From IMG/VR virus record IMGVR_UViG_3300023202_000247, positions 186,001-250,000 of that record: DNA of 64,000 bases; one strand, 5' to 3'. Below, one piece after another: positions 10,354 to 19,570 of this stretch. Position numbers and translations under genes: made by a program. Each line of letters starts with the position of its first letter. Within the stretch, counting starts at the first letter, position 1. The notes under the pieces were generated by a model that was not told where the DNA came from, made no database searches, and saw nothing but the letters and a program-made list of their open reading frames with translations.

Positions 10354-11462
10354 TGCCTGTACGATTTGCAAAAGTTGATGATAATCTTTATAGGGGTGGA
10401 GCACCGTCTATAAACGAATTACACACTTTAAACAATCTAGGTATAAAAAAGATAATTAGCTTGGATGGTATAATTGGCAACGGTTTAAAGCCATTTTGTG
10501 AAAAATTTGGTATCGAACACATCATCTTACCTTTGGGTGGAGGGGCCGAGCCTGAAATGAATGCTTTGCCCGGCGAAGTTGTTCAATGGCAAAGTGGTGG
10601 TCCAACTTTTGTTCACTGTAGGCATGGAAAAGATAGAACTGGTGTTGCTATTGCTTTATATAGAATATTGGTTCAAGGTTGGAACGTTGATTCTGCCATA
10701 TCCGAAGCAAAAAGATTTGGAATTGGTGCTGGACTAGATCCTGAAAGTGCGCAGGAATATGTTGATGCGATAAGAAGACTAAGCGGCAATTCTGATTCTA
10801 ATTCTGTTAAAGACATAGTAACTACTCAAAGAGATAAAATGGATTGGGTTCAACCATCTCCCGGTGGAGATAATGCGTCAGACCCAATGTGGGAGCAGCA
10901 AAGCTTTGCACCTTTTTTGGGTAAAGATGATTATTTGAACAGACCTGCTTCTATGTTGGAAAACATGGAAAGGTTGAGAACGATTGCAATGAAAAAGCTT
11001 GCTAAAAATATGTTGGTGTTCAAGTATTGTAAACCGTCCGATGTGTACAGGTGGGATTCAATGTGGTTTACCGATATGACTGCGGCAAGAAAACAAAATG
11101 AAAATGATAAAGATGCTAGAATGTTTTCTGCTGACATAGATGATTTTAATTCAATTGAGTATCCACAAGAATATGATAAAACATTGTTGAAGTCTGCTAT
11201 CATGCATGATGCAGATGTAGTTATTTTTCAACCACGTACCGTAAATTATCAGCAGGTTTTTGCCGTGGATTCAACCGCTTTGTCAAATGTTAGGCAAATT
11301 GGCAAGCCTCCCGGAGATATAAACAATCTTCCATATGTTGGACAGCATGACAATTATACGGGAATGGCACCATTCGTGTTTCCCGGTAGTGGAGGTTCGA
11401 TGGGTGGCGGCAGTGGTGGATATGCTGGTACGGTGCAGCTACCATTCGGTAGAACTAATTGA
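10353..11462 (+). CDS. protein tyrosine / dual-specificity (Siw14-like) phosphatase domain protein
   Basis: NLYRGGAP, LGIKKIISL and the CX5R active-site loop VHCRHGKDRTG. Confidence 0.85.
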   Translation: MPVRFAKVDDNLYRGGAPSINELHTLNNLGIKKIISLDGIIGNGLKPFCEKFGIEHIILPLGGGAEPEMNALPGEVVQWQSGGPTFVHCRHGKDRTGVAIALYRILVQGWNVDSAISEAKRFGIGAGLDPESAQEYVDAIRRLSGNSDSNSVKDIVTTQRDKMDWVQPSPGGDNASDPMWEQQSFAPFLGKDDYLNRPASMLENMERLRTIAMKKLAKNMLVFKYCKPSDVYRWDSMWFTDMTAARKQNENDKDARMFSADIDDFNSIEYPQEYDKTLLKSAIMHDADVVIFQPRTVNYQQVFAVDSTALSNVRQIGKPPGDINNLPYVGQHDNYTGMAPFVFPGSGGSMGGGSGGYAGTVQLPFGRTN

Positions 11463-11533
11463 TTTTGTGGTATATTTATACATAGTAATAATGGTGTTGT
11501 CATGACAGGTGATGACTTTAAATTGGATTTCAT

Positions 11534-12166
11534 ATGCTTTTGAAAAGAGCTTATTCAGTACAGATGAGTTTCGATGTGCCCGAGGCTGAAAGGCGCATGG
11601 CTGAAAAAGCATATGAATCTTTGGAAGACTTGGTCGGTCTTTTAAAGGAATCAAACCGACATTTGGATTTAATATATGAGCCTTTTAGCAAGGTTCAAGC
11701 GTTAGATCCTAAAATAGTTGTAGAGTACAGAAAAGTACTGAGACGTTATAGAAATCAAATAAAAGAAAACTTCGAACTAGTATTGTCAAAATACAATCAC
11801 TCATTAAAGTTGTTAAAGCCTTTTGCAACTGACACTAAAACTGTTGAGATGATGCGTTCATTTATGGCAAACATAGATGATTTGAAGAAACAAGTTAACA
11901 GATTGCTACAAATTTTTGGTGATTTAGACGATGATAATTTCAAGAATTATTTGTTAAAAGCTATTGATTCTGTAAAAAAGAAAAATAATCAATTGAAACA
12001 ATTGATAAATGATAGAATTTTAGAGCATATAGACACCAATATTCTTGCAAAGAATTGGACGAGTGGAATTTCGGAACAAGAACAAGAAATTTTTTATGAT
12101 AAAGTTCCGATGGTCGTTCAGCTTTTCAAAGAGAGGCAACAAGCTTTAAGCGATGGTCAATCATGA
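11534..12166 (+). CDS. hypothetical helical protein
   Basis: 210 aa ORF starting MLLKRA. Confidence 0.6.
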   Translation: MLLKRAYSVQMSFDVPEAERRMAEKAYESLEDLVGLLKESNRHLDLIYEPFSKVQALDPKIVVEYRKVLRRYRNQIKENFELVLSKYNHSLKLLKPFATDTKTVEMMRSFMANIDDLKKQVNRLLQIFGDLDDDNFKNYLLKAIDSVKKKNNQLKQLINDRILEHIDTNILAKNWTSGISEQEQEIFYDKVPMVVQLFKERQQALSDGQS

Positions 12167-12318
12167 TAATTAAGAAGAGCAAAGTAAAAATAGTTGATGT
12201 TATCAAAGATGATGAACATGATATAGATGATGAAGGAACGCGCGATGCTATGAAACGCGCATCTGATGAATTGGAACAAGAGAAGAAAGGCGTCTCTAAA
12301 AAAGATATGGTGAATTGA
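12163..12318 (+). CDS. small acidic protein (51 aa, not in the ORF track)
   Basis: MIIKKSKVKIVDVIKDDEHDIDDEG...; ATGA overlap upstream and TGATG overlap downstream fill the gap exactly. Confidence 0.65.
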   Translation: MIIKKSKVKIVDVIKDDEHDIDDEGTRDAMKRASDELEQEKKGVSKKDMVN

Positions 12319-15300
12319 TGATTATCAAATTGGGAGAAGCTATAGCTATTGAACATAGCGATATCAAAACAGCAGATGCTGCATTGTCTGATCCGGATGT
12401 TTTGGAACGATTTAAAAAGTTCGCAAATGAACTAAAAATAATCGCGCCTCGAGCAAAAGACTTTTTATATTTTTCAGCTGTAATGATGCATGCAGCTGAA
12501 GCTTCATTATTGGATGATGAAGGCAATATTAAAAAGCTTGCTGATGGTAAAGAGGTAGAAGCTTATTGGGATAAAAAAGGCAATAGTTGGAAATGGGTTT
12601 GTAATGACCCAAATATAATGCCTTATAAGAATAGCAATAATGACATTTTTCCAGAAGAAGAGCTTTTAAAGGCTCATAAATTATGGAGAGGAAGGCCGCT
12701 CTGCTTGGATCACAAGTCATCGAGCGCCGATTTTGTCAGAGGCTTGGTTTTAGACACACTCTACGATGAGAAAAACAAAAGAGTCGTAGCCCTTTGCGCT
12801 TTGGATAAGAAACTCTATCCAGAATTGGCAAGGAAAGTACAAACTGGATATGCAACATCAGTATCGATGGGTACTGCGGTTGGCCGAGCTGTTTGTTCGG
12901 ACTGTGGAAAAGTTGCTCGCGTTGAGCGTGATTTCTGCGATCACATGCGCAAAAAGAGCTGCTACGGCGAGATTAACCTCGACCTTTCACCCATGGAATT
13001 GAGCATCGTAGTAAATGGTGCAGATCCAAAAGCAAAAATTAAGCATATTATTGCAAAAAAGGTAGAGAAGGCAACAGAACATTTGGAAGAATACTTGCAA
13101 GGTAAGCTTTCCCAAGGTGGATTGAATAAAAACGAGCTACTTCAGATTCAAGAAGAACTCAAAAATTTGTCCACCAGAGTTGCAAAACTCGCAGAGTCGG
13201 ATGAGGATTCGAATGATACCAATTATGGTACGACCGAATCAGCAAAGACGATGATGGGTCCTGGCTACGTTGATAGCGCAAACCCACCACCAAACCCACC
13301 AGAGCAAGTTGTAAGTTACAATGATAATAAATTGCTCAAAGATTTAACAAAGAAACTCTCTGAAATTCAAGCTGGCTTGAATCAATTTAAAACTACTGAT
13401 AATGAGGAATCAATGGGAAACAAAAAGAATGCATATTTCCAAGGCACAGAAGAGCCTACTCCGGGCCAGCCGCAATATCCAAAGGAAGATTACGAAACCA
13501 TTCGTGACACTCAGGACAAGCAAATGGTTGGTCAATCACCGTTTCCCGGTGTTGGACCAGTTGATGGCATGTATCCTGGTTACGATAGCTTTGGTGAAAG
13601 CGAAGAGGCACGCAAGCGTCGTCTCCAGCGCCTAGCAGAGCTAAATGAGCGTCGTTTGGTTCGTCAATCAGCTTTGGAGAAGGCCAAAGAAAATATTACC
13701 AATTCCAAGGAATCATGGTTCCAAGGTGGTGGCGATGTAAATGAGCCGAAACCACAACCAAAGGACAAGCCACGCGGAGAGCCGGGCAGCTATGACCTTC
13801 GTTATCCAAACGAGACTGATTATCGTAAAATTCGTGACACGGAAGATAAGCAAATGGTTGGTCAGAAGCCGTTTCCGGGGGTTGGAGACGTTGATGGTCT
13901 ACACCCAAGCCCAGAGTCGGTTAGTGAAAAGGATGAGGCAAAACGTAAAGAAATGCTTAGCCGTGCCAAGGTTACCGCGAAATTTGTCAAAGCCTCTGAT
14001 GACAAAGGTATCGATGACAAAGCAAATTGTCGTTGGCAGGTGTTTGCTAACAACAAGTTGATTCTCGATGCAACTGTTGATGAGATTTCACGTGGCAACG
14101 TTGACGGATTGTACGATGCAATTGCAACCCGTGATTACGGATTGAAGATTCTTGATACGATTCAGCGTCAAGGTTTTAATAAAGCAAAGGCAATGTTCAA
14201 GGGTGCACAGACTCCTGCTCAGGATATGGGTGCTCCAGGCGTTGCGCAAGACGCAATGCCAGCAATGCCAGACATGCCAGTGGAGCTTGACAAAGAGCCA
14301 AGGTTAGAGGAGCCGGAAGGCGCTGGCGATGTTGATGACAACGTTGCAGGAATTGCAGCTGATGTTCGCGACTTGGCCGATCAGGTATCTCGCCGTGCAG
14401 ATGACCTAGCAGAAGCAGCTGACAAGATGGATAACGAGGAGCTAGCTGATGTTCCTGCCGTCGAGGAAGATGCGTTTACAGAATCGATGCCAAAGGGTGC
14501 AAGTATCGATAAACTACAAGGTATGCGTAAGACTGTAAATGGTATGGTTCGCAATGCTTTGAGAGAGTCCCGCTCGCAACTTTTGTCTCACGCTGAGGAA
14601 TTGCAGTATTGCAAAGAAATCACTTCTGAAAAGAAAGCCTTTGCTAGTTTGAAGCCAGAACAACGCAAACATCTTTCTCAATTACTTTCCGAAGCTGTTG
14701 CTCATGCGAAGGCAGACTTGGATGAATCCAAGATAGCAATGGCTGCGTTCAACAAGTACGCATATGGAACACATCAGTTGGTGAAGTCGGCAGCTGCTCG
14801 TAATCGAATCATGAAGCAGGCTCAAGAAAAGGCTGAAACTATGGATGTCAAGGTCGATGACTCGAACGACATCGACGATTTGCCATCTATCGAAGAAATT
14901 TTGAACAACAAGAAACAGAATCTCTTGGATCCGAAATCAAAGCAAGAGGTTGAGGTTCCAAAGACTGATATTGGTGCAAAGAAACCAGAAGAAGATGTTC
15001 CTGCTCCGGAGCCAACAGCTTATGCAGCTGATGGAACTGTGGTTGAGCTACCAAAGGGTACTCCGGCTAAGGATTTGATAAACCTACCGGAAGGTACCAC
15101 TATAGCAAACAAGGAGTTTGATTTGAATACTAAGGAGGGTCGAGCACAATACAGGGCCAAGCAGGCTCAAACGGGCGTACAGTTCAGCGACATGATTGAT
15201 CGTGCGCACCCACAAGGCGGCCACACACCTGGCATGATGGACATCAAGCCAGAGGGTAATTTGGCAGAGGTTGAAACAATCAAGGGTACTCATGAGGGTA

Positions 15301-15860
15301 TGATGAAGGTTGTCGAGACTGAGCCAAAGGCTGCAAAGCAGGCGCAGCGCATTGCTGAGCTAGTTAGAATTGGTAAAATTTCTCATGATCAGGTTGATAA
15401 CTTGGTCTCTGAGGGAGTTGATCCAAAGGCTGTACAGTATTACAAGCAATACTGGGCCGAGGCTGGCGACAGTGAGAGCAAAGAATGGGCAGCTGATTTG
15501 GTTAAAGAAACCACTCAGAAGAAAGCCGCTGAAGAGCGCGCAGCGTATGAGGTTCGAATCAAACGTTCGTATGATCTGGCGTACCAGATGTTCAACGCAG
15601 GTCTCATTTCCGAGGCTCAGATTCCAAAGCAGGTTGAGGATATGTCCGATTGGTCTGATAGTGCATACGAGAGCACCAAGCGCATCGTTCAAAACAAGCT
15701 TGCTATGAGAAAGCAAGCACAAATGCCCAACGTTGGAATTTTGAACAACGACGGTATCATTCTGCCAGGCCAAGATTCTTTGGAAAAGACAGCTTCGGCC
15801 GAAGGGGATGTGTCTTTCAAGGAACTATTCGAGGATTATTTCGCAGCGAAGGGTCTCTGA
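12318..15860 (+). CDS. prohead protease fused to a long scaffold/core region
   Basis: N-terminal HK97/assemblin-type motifs (NSNNDIFPEEEL, PLCLDH, SVSMG, Zn ribbon CSDC..CDH, ELSIVVNGADPKAKI); charged coiled-coil C-terminus with an internal repeat DKQMVGQxPFPGVG. Confidence 0.78.
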   Translation: MIIKLGEAIAIEHSDIKTADAALSDPDVLERFKKFANELKIIAPRAKDFLYFSAVMMHAAEASLLDDEGNIKKLADGKEVEAYWDKKGNSWKWVCNDPNIMPYKNSNNDIFPEEELLKAHKLWRGRPLCLDHKSSSADFVRGLVLDTLYDEKNKRVVALCALDKKLYPELARKVQTGYATSVSMGTAVGRAVCSDCGKVARVERDFCDHMRKKSCYGEINLDLSPMELSIVVNGADPKAKIKHIIAKKVEKATEHLEEYLQGKLSQGGLNKNELLQIQEELKNLSTRVAKLAESDEDSNDTNYGTTESAKTMMGPGYVDSANPPPNPPEQVVSYNDNKLLKDLTKKLSEIQAGLNQFKTTDNEESMGNKKNAYFQGTEEPTPGQPQYPKEDYETIRDTQDKQMVGQSPFPGVGPVDGMYPGYDSFGESEEARKRRLQRLAELNERRLVRQSALEKAKENITNSKESWFQGGGDVNEPKPQPKDKPRGEPGSYDLRYPNETDYRKIRDTEDKQMVGQKPFPGVGDVDGLHPSPESVSEKDEAKRKEMLSRAKVTAKFVKASDDKGIDDKANCRWQVFANNKLILDATVDEISRGNVDGLYDAIATRDYGLKILDTIQRQGFNKAKAMFKGAQTPAQDMGAPGVAQDAMPAMPDMPVELDKEPRLEEPEGAGDVDDNVAGIAADVRDLADQVSRRADDLAEAADKMDNEELADVPAVEEDAFTESMPKGASIDKLQGMRKTVNGMVRNALRESRSQLLSHAEELQYCKEITSEKKAFASLKPEQRKHLSQLLSEAVAHAKADLDESKIAMAAFNKYAYGTHQLVKSAAARNRIMKQAQEKAETMDVKVDDSNDIDDLPSIEEILNNKKQNLLDPKSKQEVEVPKTDIGAKKPEEDVPAPEPTAYAADGTVVELPKGTPAKDLINLPEGTTIANKEFDLNTKEGRAQYRAKQAQTGVQFSDMIDRAHPQGGHTPGMMDIKPEGNLAEVETIKGTHEGMMKVVETEPKAAKQAQRIAELVRIGKISHDQVDNLVSEGVDPKAVQYYKQYWAEAGDSESKEWAADLVKETTQKKAAEERAAYEVRIKRSYDLAYQMFNAGLISEAQIPKQVEDMSDWSDSAYESTKRIVQNKLAMRKQAQMPNVGILNNDGIILPGQDSLEKTASAEGDVSFKELFEDYFAAKGL

Positions 15861-15865
15861 GTTGA

Positions 15866-15894
15866 GAGGAGGGGCTAACAGCCCCTCCCATCTC
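15866..15894 (+). promoter_or_regulatory. GC-rich hairpin after the protease/scaffold gene (terminator or stability element)
   Basis: GGAGGGGCT-AAC-AGCCCCTCC stem followed by a T-rich stretch. Confidence 0.55.
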
Positions 15895-15926
15895 ATTTGA
15901 TTTTTCCTTTCATTTTAAAGGTTAAT

Positions 15927-17165
15927 ATGTTTAAAACAAATAACAGCATAGCTGATTTAGTTGCATCGTCTATGGCAGAGCAGATGGATAGCGATGAATT
16001 CCGTAGAATTCATTCTAAGCCGCAGATTAAAACTGCTGCCAAGAAAAAAGATGACAAAGACGAAGAAGATAAAAGCAAGGGTAAGGCTAAGAGCAAGGGT
16101 AAAGGCAAAGACAAGGAAGTAGCTGATAAAGAAAAGGACAAGGATAAGAAGTCCAAGAAAAAGAAGGCTACTACCGTTGGTCGACGTGTAAAGATTGCAG
16201 TTAGTGCTTTAGACAAGCTTAGCGCTGCTTTGGACGAAATTGGTTTCGAAAAGAGCGCAACCATCACCCTTCGTGCTTTGGAGCAGTTGGTCCTCGAGGC
16301 CCAAGAGTATGTTGCTGATACTCACATGGCTGATGACAAAGAAGATAAAGACGATAAAAAGAAGGACGATGATAAAGACGACAAAGATGATGACAAGGAA
16401 GATAAAGACGACAAAGACGACAAAGACGACAAAAAGGATGATGACAAAAAAGAAAAGGATGATGACGACGATAAGAATGATGCCGGAGAAAAGAACTATT
16501 CTGATTTGACAAGTCCAGATGAGCGTCGTGAAGCCTTGGAGCGCAAGCGTGAAAAGGACAAGTCTCCTTCCGAGCATTTTGATAAAGCAAAGAACGTTCG
16601 CGAGTTTACACCGGGTAGCAAAGATGACCCAAAGAACCGCAATGATGCTGATGACAGTTGTGCTGACGATAATTGTGCAGGGGAGAAGGATCACGGGTTG
16701 GATATGAAAACTCGTCAAGATGCTTTAAACCGTAGATACAGAGGTGAGCATGATCCTTCTAAGAGCACTCCAAAAGCGAAAAACGTTCGTGAATTTACAC
16801 CAGGCGGAAAAGACGACCCAAAAAACAAAAACAAAGATAAGAGTGATGCCGCTGACGGTAGCTCAATCGAAATAAAGGTCAGAGACGTTCCGGGTTATGG
16901 CGATACCAATTACGTTGATGATCCAGATGTGGATTTCCCAGATTACAAGCCATCAGAAGATGAAGAGTTGACCAAGGATGAAATCGATGGTGGAATCGAC
17001 CTAAAGCTTGATATTGACAGTGATGACCTCGAAGAAATTTTGAGTGAGCTTGGTATTGCATATGATGGAGATGATGGAGATGATGAGCCTGATTTTGACA
17101 AAGATGATGAAGAGCCAAAAAGCCTTCATTTTGATGCAAATGATGGTGGACACCCAAAAGCGTAA
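15927..17165 (+). CDS. highly charged D/K-rich low-complexity head protein (short form)
   Basis: Likely start ATG 15927; DDK runs; internal repeat KAKNVREFTPGxKDDPKN x2. Confidence 0.7.
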   Translation: MFKTNNSIADLVASSMAEQMDSDEFRRIHSKPQIKTAAKKKDDKDEEDKSKGKAKSKGKGKDKEVADKEKDKDKKSKKKKATTVGRRVKIAVSALDKLSAALDEIGFEKSATITLRALEQLVLEAQEYVADTHMADDKEDKDDKKKDDDKDDKDDDKEDKDDKDDKDDKKDDDKKEKDDDDDKNDAGEKNYSDLTSPDERREALERKREKDKSPSEHFDKAKNVREFTPGSKDDPKNRNDADDSCADDNCAGEKDHGLDMKTRQDALNRRYRGEHDPSKSTPKAKNVREFTPGGKDDPKNKNKDKSDAADGSSIEIKVRDVPGYGDTNYVDDPDVDFPDYKPSEDEELTKDEIDGGIDLKLDIDSDDLEEILSELGIAYDGDDGDDEPDFDKDDEEPKSLHFDANDGGHPKA

Positions 17166-17419
17166 CTGCCAGTGATAAAGACCGCGGGGGATTCATATTC
17201 CCCGCGTCTCATCCAAAGGTAAAAAAGGGAGATCATTTTCCCATAAATACTGAGGGTAGGGCACGCAATGCGCTGGCAAGAGCAAATCAATATAGTAGCG
17301 CTCCAGATTGGTGGAGTGGTTCGTTGAGTGAATTAGTTAATGCTGTTGCAAGGGCTGTGAAAAAAAAGTATCCGGGCATAGATGTCAGCGAAAAATCAAA
17401 GAAGCCAGGTAAAGGATGA
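17153..17419 (+). CDS. -1 frame extension (88 codons) of the preceding gene, encoding a HFPINTEGRARNALARANQY domain
   Basis: Open frame with no in-frame ATG, entered at the C CCA AAA heptamer; its TGA overlaps the ATG of the next gene. Confidence 0.7.
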   Translation, partial: PKSVTASDKDRGGFIFPASHPKVKKGDHFPINTEGRARNALARANQYSSAPDWWSGSLSELVNAVARAVKKKYPGIDVSEKSKKPGKG

Positions 17420-17634
17420 TAAAATTTAAACAAAGTGAAAGTGCTGATTTAATTGCAGAAGCTATGAGAAGAGTTGAGCTCGAGTCTAAAGCTGAAACAG
17501 CAACACATGCAAACAAAATATCAAGAGCATATGAGTGTTTAAATGAGGCCGCCGAATTGTATGAAAATTTGGGCAATCATGAAATGGCAAAATATATAAC
17601 TGATGCAATGCATTATTTTCAAGGTGGAAAATGA
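17416..17634 (+). CDS. small helical protein
   Basis: ATGA overlaps; LNEAAELYE resembles LSEAAANFE of the next gene. Confidence 0.6.
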   Translation: MIKFKQSESADLIAEAMRRVELESKAETATHANKISRAYECLNEAAELYENLGNHEMAKYITDAMHYFQGGK

Positions 17635-17975
17635 GCGTAAAGTGGTTGCAAAATAACTTCGAAGATGAGATTGTCGATACATTCGAATCGTGTTTGGAAA
17701 AAGTTGCAAACGAATTCGAAACAAGAGATAAGAAAACAGAACTGAAGGCTATGGAGTTGCTATCAGAAGCAGCAGCAAATTTTGAGCTATCTGGTAAAAA
17801 TAAAGAGGCAAATATAGTTAAAGTTTTGATTGCGACTACATGTAAAGTAGAGAATCCAAAAAACCCAGGTAAAACAAAAAAAGAAAAAGAAATGTATAAA
17901 TTCTTTGGTTATAACAATGCAAAAGATAAAGACATTGATGATGCCGATGATGAGGAATATTGGGAAGACGACTAA
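17631..17975 (+). CDS. small helical protein with acidic tail
   Basis: ATGA overlap; followed by a terminator. Confidence 0.6.
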   Translation: MSVKWLQNNFEDEIVDTFESCLEKVANEFETRDKKTELKAMELLSEAAANFELSGKNKEANIVKVLIATTCKVENPKNPGKTKKEKEMYKFFGYNNAKDKDIDDADDEEYWEDD

Positions 17976-18001
17976 ATTTGACAATAAAGATAATACAAAA
18001 T

Positions 18002-18034
18002 AAAAGCACATGCAAATGCATGTGCTTTTTTTTT
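18002..18034 (+). terminator. rho-independent terminator
   Basis: AAAAGCACATGC-AAAT-GCATGTGCTTTT plus a T run. Confidence 0.8.
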
Positions 18035-18083
18035 ATAAATAATCTCATATATTTATGGATATATTGTTTTGAGAGGTTATTGA

Positions 18084-18776
18084 ATGTCACTAAAAATAGT
18101 ACAAGCGGGATATGCATTACCAACGGAGTTTCCGGTTGATCCGAATGCTCAGTTCGAGCCGGGCAACATAGGGCAACTTGGTGTAAATGGTAATAACATC
18201 GTATGTGGTGTTAGCGACGGAACGGCTCCAATAGGAATAATTGATGACATAAAAACTGTTGCTTTTACTGCACAATCAATAGATGAAGAGGTAATTGCAC
18301 CGGCAGTTGGTGTAGAATCACATGGTGAAATTGTTTCAGCAATGGATGTGAAACAAGAGTTGAGAAATCCCAATGTTGTCAAATCTAGTTTCGTAACCAA
18401 CCCTGTCAATGTTATTTTGATTCCTAGAAACGGAATGATTATTTTCCCAGCCGGTACGCCTTTAAATATAGATTTGGATGGAGATGGTATTCCAGATGCT
18501 ATTCGCACGATTGTGAGCTATTCATATCAAGTTCCAAACATTCCCGGCGATGACAGCACACAAGCAAGCGGAAAGGTTACCATTTGGTTTCAAAGAATGT
18601 TTGCTCAAACAGATAGATTCGAAGCAAACCAACGTTACCCAATCAACGCTAACTTGTTTGTAAATGAGAGTGGTTTGTTGACTACCAGGCAACCAACGGA
18701 GACACATCCTGGTGTTGCAATAGTAACAGGTTCCCCAGGACCAATATTTGATAGTTTAGAGTTTATGTGGCTTTGA
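18084..18776 (+). CDS. capsid decoration/cement-like protein (paralogue 1)
   Basis: Shares PxGxIDD, ASGKxTxW and LxxxxxGLLT motifs with 26068..26757. Confidence 0.6.
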   Translation: MSLKIVQAGYALPTEFPVDPNAQFEPGNIGQLGVNGNNIVCGVSDGTAPIGIIDDIKTVAFTAQSIDEEVIAPAVGVESHGEIVSAMDVKQELRNPNVVKSSFVTNPVNVILIPRNGMIIFPAGTPLNIDLDGDGIPDAIRTIVSYSYQVPNIPGDDSTQASGKVTIWFQRMFAQTDRFEANQRYPINANLFVNESGLLTTRQPTETHPGVAIVTGSPGPIFDSLEFMWL

Positions 18777-19180
18777 TGTTTAAAATAGTTGATGGTATTA
18801 CAGATCCTGTTAAAATGTTCGTAGCGCCCGGCGTTAGATTCGAGCCGGGATGCATCGTTGAGTTTAAGGAAATTGACGGTATATTTGTTGCTGATTTGAG
18901 CCACAACTGTGGAACATCCATCGGTATAATTTCAGAGTCAATTTTTATCGATGATAATAAAGTAAGTCTTCATCCAGAAGATAGAGCATCTGTTTTTATA
19001 GAACGAATGGTTTTTAGAACAAATAACTGTGAACCTGGAGATTATAGAACTGGTGATAAATTATATGTTAGCAGTAATGGTTTATTCACTTTGGAAGAGC
19101 CACAAGAAGACTCACCATTTGTTGGAAGAGTTATAAGTAAATTAAAAAAAGACAATGTATTTGAAGCGTTGTGGCTGTAG
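18776..19180 (+). CDS. capsid decoration-like protein (paralogue 2, short)
   Basis: FEPG, GDKLYVSSNGLFT and C-terminal ExxWL shared with the upstream gene. Confidence 0.55.
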   Translation: MFKIVDGITDPVKMFVAPGVRFEPGCIVEFKEIDGIFVADLSHNCGTSIGIISESIFIDDNKVSLHPEDRASVFIERMVFRTNNCEPGDYRTGDKLYVSSNGLFTLEEPQEDSPFVGRVISKLKKDNVFEALWL

Positions 19181-19248
19181 TTCAACAAGGCATAAACAAG
19201 CATTTATTTGTATTTAGCATCTCTCTGGTGAGAGAATAGGAGAACTAC

Positions 19249-19569
19249 ATGGTTGATGAGCAAACCTGGCGTGCGTGTATGGATTCGGAGATATTTTGTA
19301 ATTATCTAGCTGGTGAAATCAACAAAGAGGCGCGCGCAGATATCATCAAAGAACAAGAGCGCATCGCAGCTTTTGAGGCTCGTATCGATGAAGAAACAAA
19401 AGCTGCAAAAGCTTTTGATGAACTAAACGAAAAAATCAAAAGCAACCCAGAGCTTTTAAATTATTACAGACGTGTAAAGTCTGCATTGATTAACGATCCA
19501 GAGTTGAAAAAAAGCACCGATAGCGTTTTTGTCGAAAGCATCATGATGCTTGATTTAGGGGAATACTGA
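19249..19569 (+). CDS. small helical head protein
   Basis: AGGAG Shine-Dalgarno; DSEIF motif similar to the N-termini of its neighbours. Confidence 0.6.
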   Translation: MVDEQTWRACMDSEIFCNYLAGEINKEARADIIKEQERIAAFEARIDEETKAAKAFDELNEKIKSNPELLNYYRRVKSALINDPELKKSTDSVFVESIMMLDLGEY

Positions 19570-19570
19570 T

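Noticed and set aside
16330-16480. GAY/AAR-rich repeats as a DNA-level repeat element
   Set aside because: Synonymous variation indicates a D/K low-complexity protein tract.
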